Shown: piece after piece, positions 63,278 through 64,000 of the stretch
Layout: every line of letters starts with the position of its first letter
Position numbering within the stretch: the first letter of the stretch is position 1
NCBI GenBank assembly: GCA_964106915.2
Contig: OZ066919.1
DNA length: 64,000 bases
From: Podarcis gaigeae
Lineage: Eukaryota
Direction: 5' to 3' (one strand)
The notes under the pieces: model-generated
Told to the model about the DNA's origin: nothing
The model's input: the letters and a program-made list of their open reading frames with translations, nothing else
Database searches by the model: none
Position numbers and translations under genes: made by a program

Positions 63278-64000
63278 TAGCAAAATATCCCATTTCTGCA
63301 AAGAAATTTAGCGGAGAAGTGCAGCAGTTTTCCAAGCACAGTAGCATGCAGGTATATACCGTATGTTTGTATAATAATGTCTCTAAAGTAAGTGAGAGGT
63401 AGAGTGGAGCCTCTCTTGCGTGGGTTTATATGAAAGAATGGATAGTATATTTGACTGCAGTTAGTGAATGGCGTGCTGGAGTGTTGCTTAACAGCAATAT
63501 GAAATAGTTTGTGAATTTGCAAAGAACTCTATAGCAGAGATTGTTATATGCATATATGAGAGTGATTATAGTGCCTCATTGTGCCTATATTTATACCCAG
63601 TCTTTCTGGTTTTTCACCCTGGCTTATTATGATGTTTTATGGCATTTCTTACTGTAGTTGCTTCATACTGTTTTATTGTTGGCTTTTATTTTTTTATATA
63701 CTGCTGTTTCACTACATGCATAAGCTGTCATGAACTATATAAGGAAAGGTGGGGGTGAATATTTTGAATAGCACTCACTATTTCTACTTTCTGGAAACAA
63801 ATCAAAGATTTTTTTGTTTTGAGAAGCCTTTTCAGCTGGATGAATTTTTCTTTTTCTTTTTTTCAAAAAAGATACCTGTTAGAGCATTACTCTAGAACTG
63901 AATGTCCCCTTCTGCCATAGCTCCTACCCTCTGGGTACTTATAACTCTGCATTTGTTGCCTTACACCACAAACAAGAAAGCTGAAGTGAATTTGGATTAC

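Overview
Vertebrate genomic DNA, most likely from a squamate reptile (lacertid-like repeat content: tRNA-derived SINEs, CR1, Bov-B, Penelope, Tc1/mariner MITEs). Two spliced + strand genes can be fully traced by hand. ELAPOR1/KIAA1324 has coding exons 2-22 at 13817-41339 (960 codons + stop; exon 1 is not in the window). SARS1 (cytosolic seryl-tRNA synthetase) is complete, with 11 exons at 48270-60611 (514 aa), a CpG-island promoter and an AATAAA signal. The gene order matches human 1p13.3. Most ORF-track entries are spurious intronic frames. The best leads are: a phase-compatible chain of minus-strand exon-like segments interleaved with ELAPOR1 exons 2-3 (possible antisense pseudogene or lncRNA); a decayed PIF/Harbinger transposase fossil inside one of its putative introns; a Penelope fragment carrying a mutated hammerhead ribozyme; an in-frame, stop-free ELAPOR1 intron; and an ATF4 CARE site in SARS1 intron 1. 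All family names come from recognition by eye; no database searches were run.
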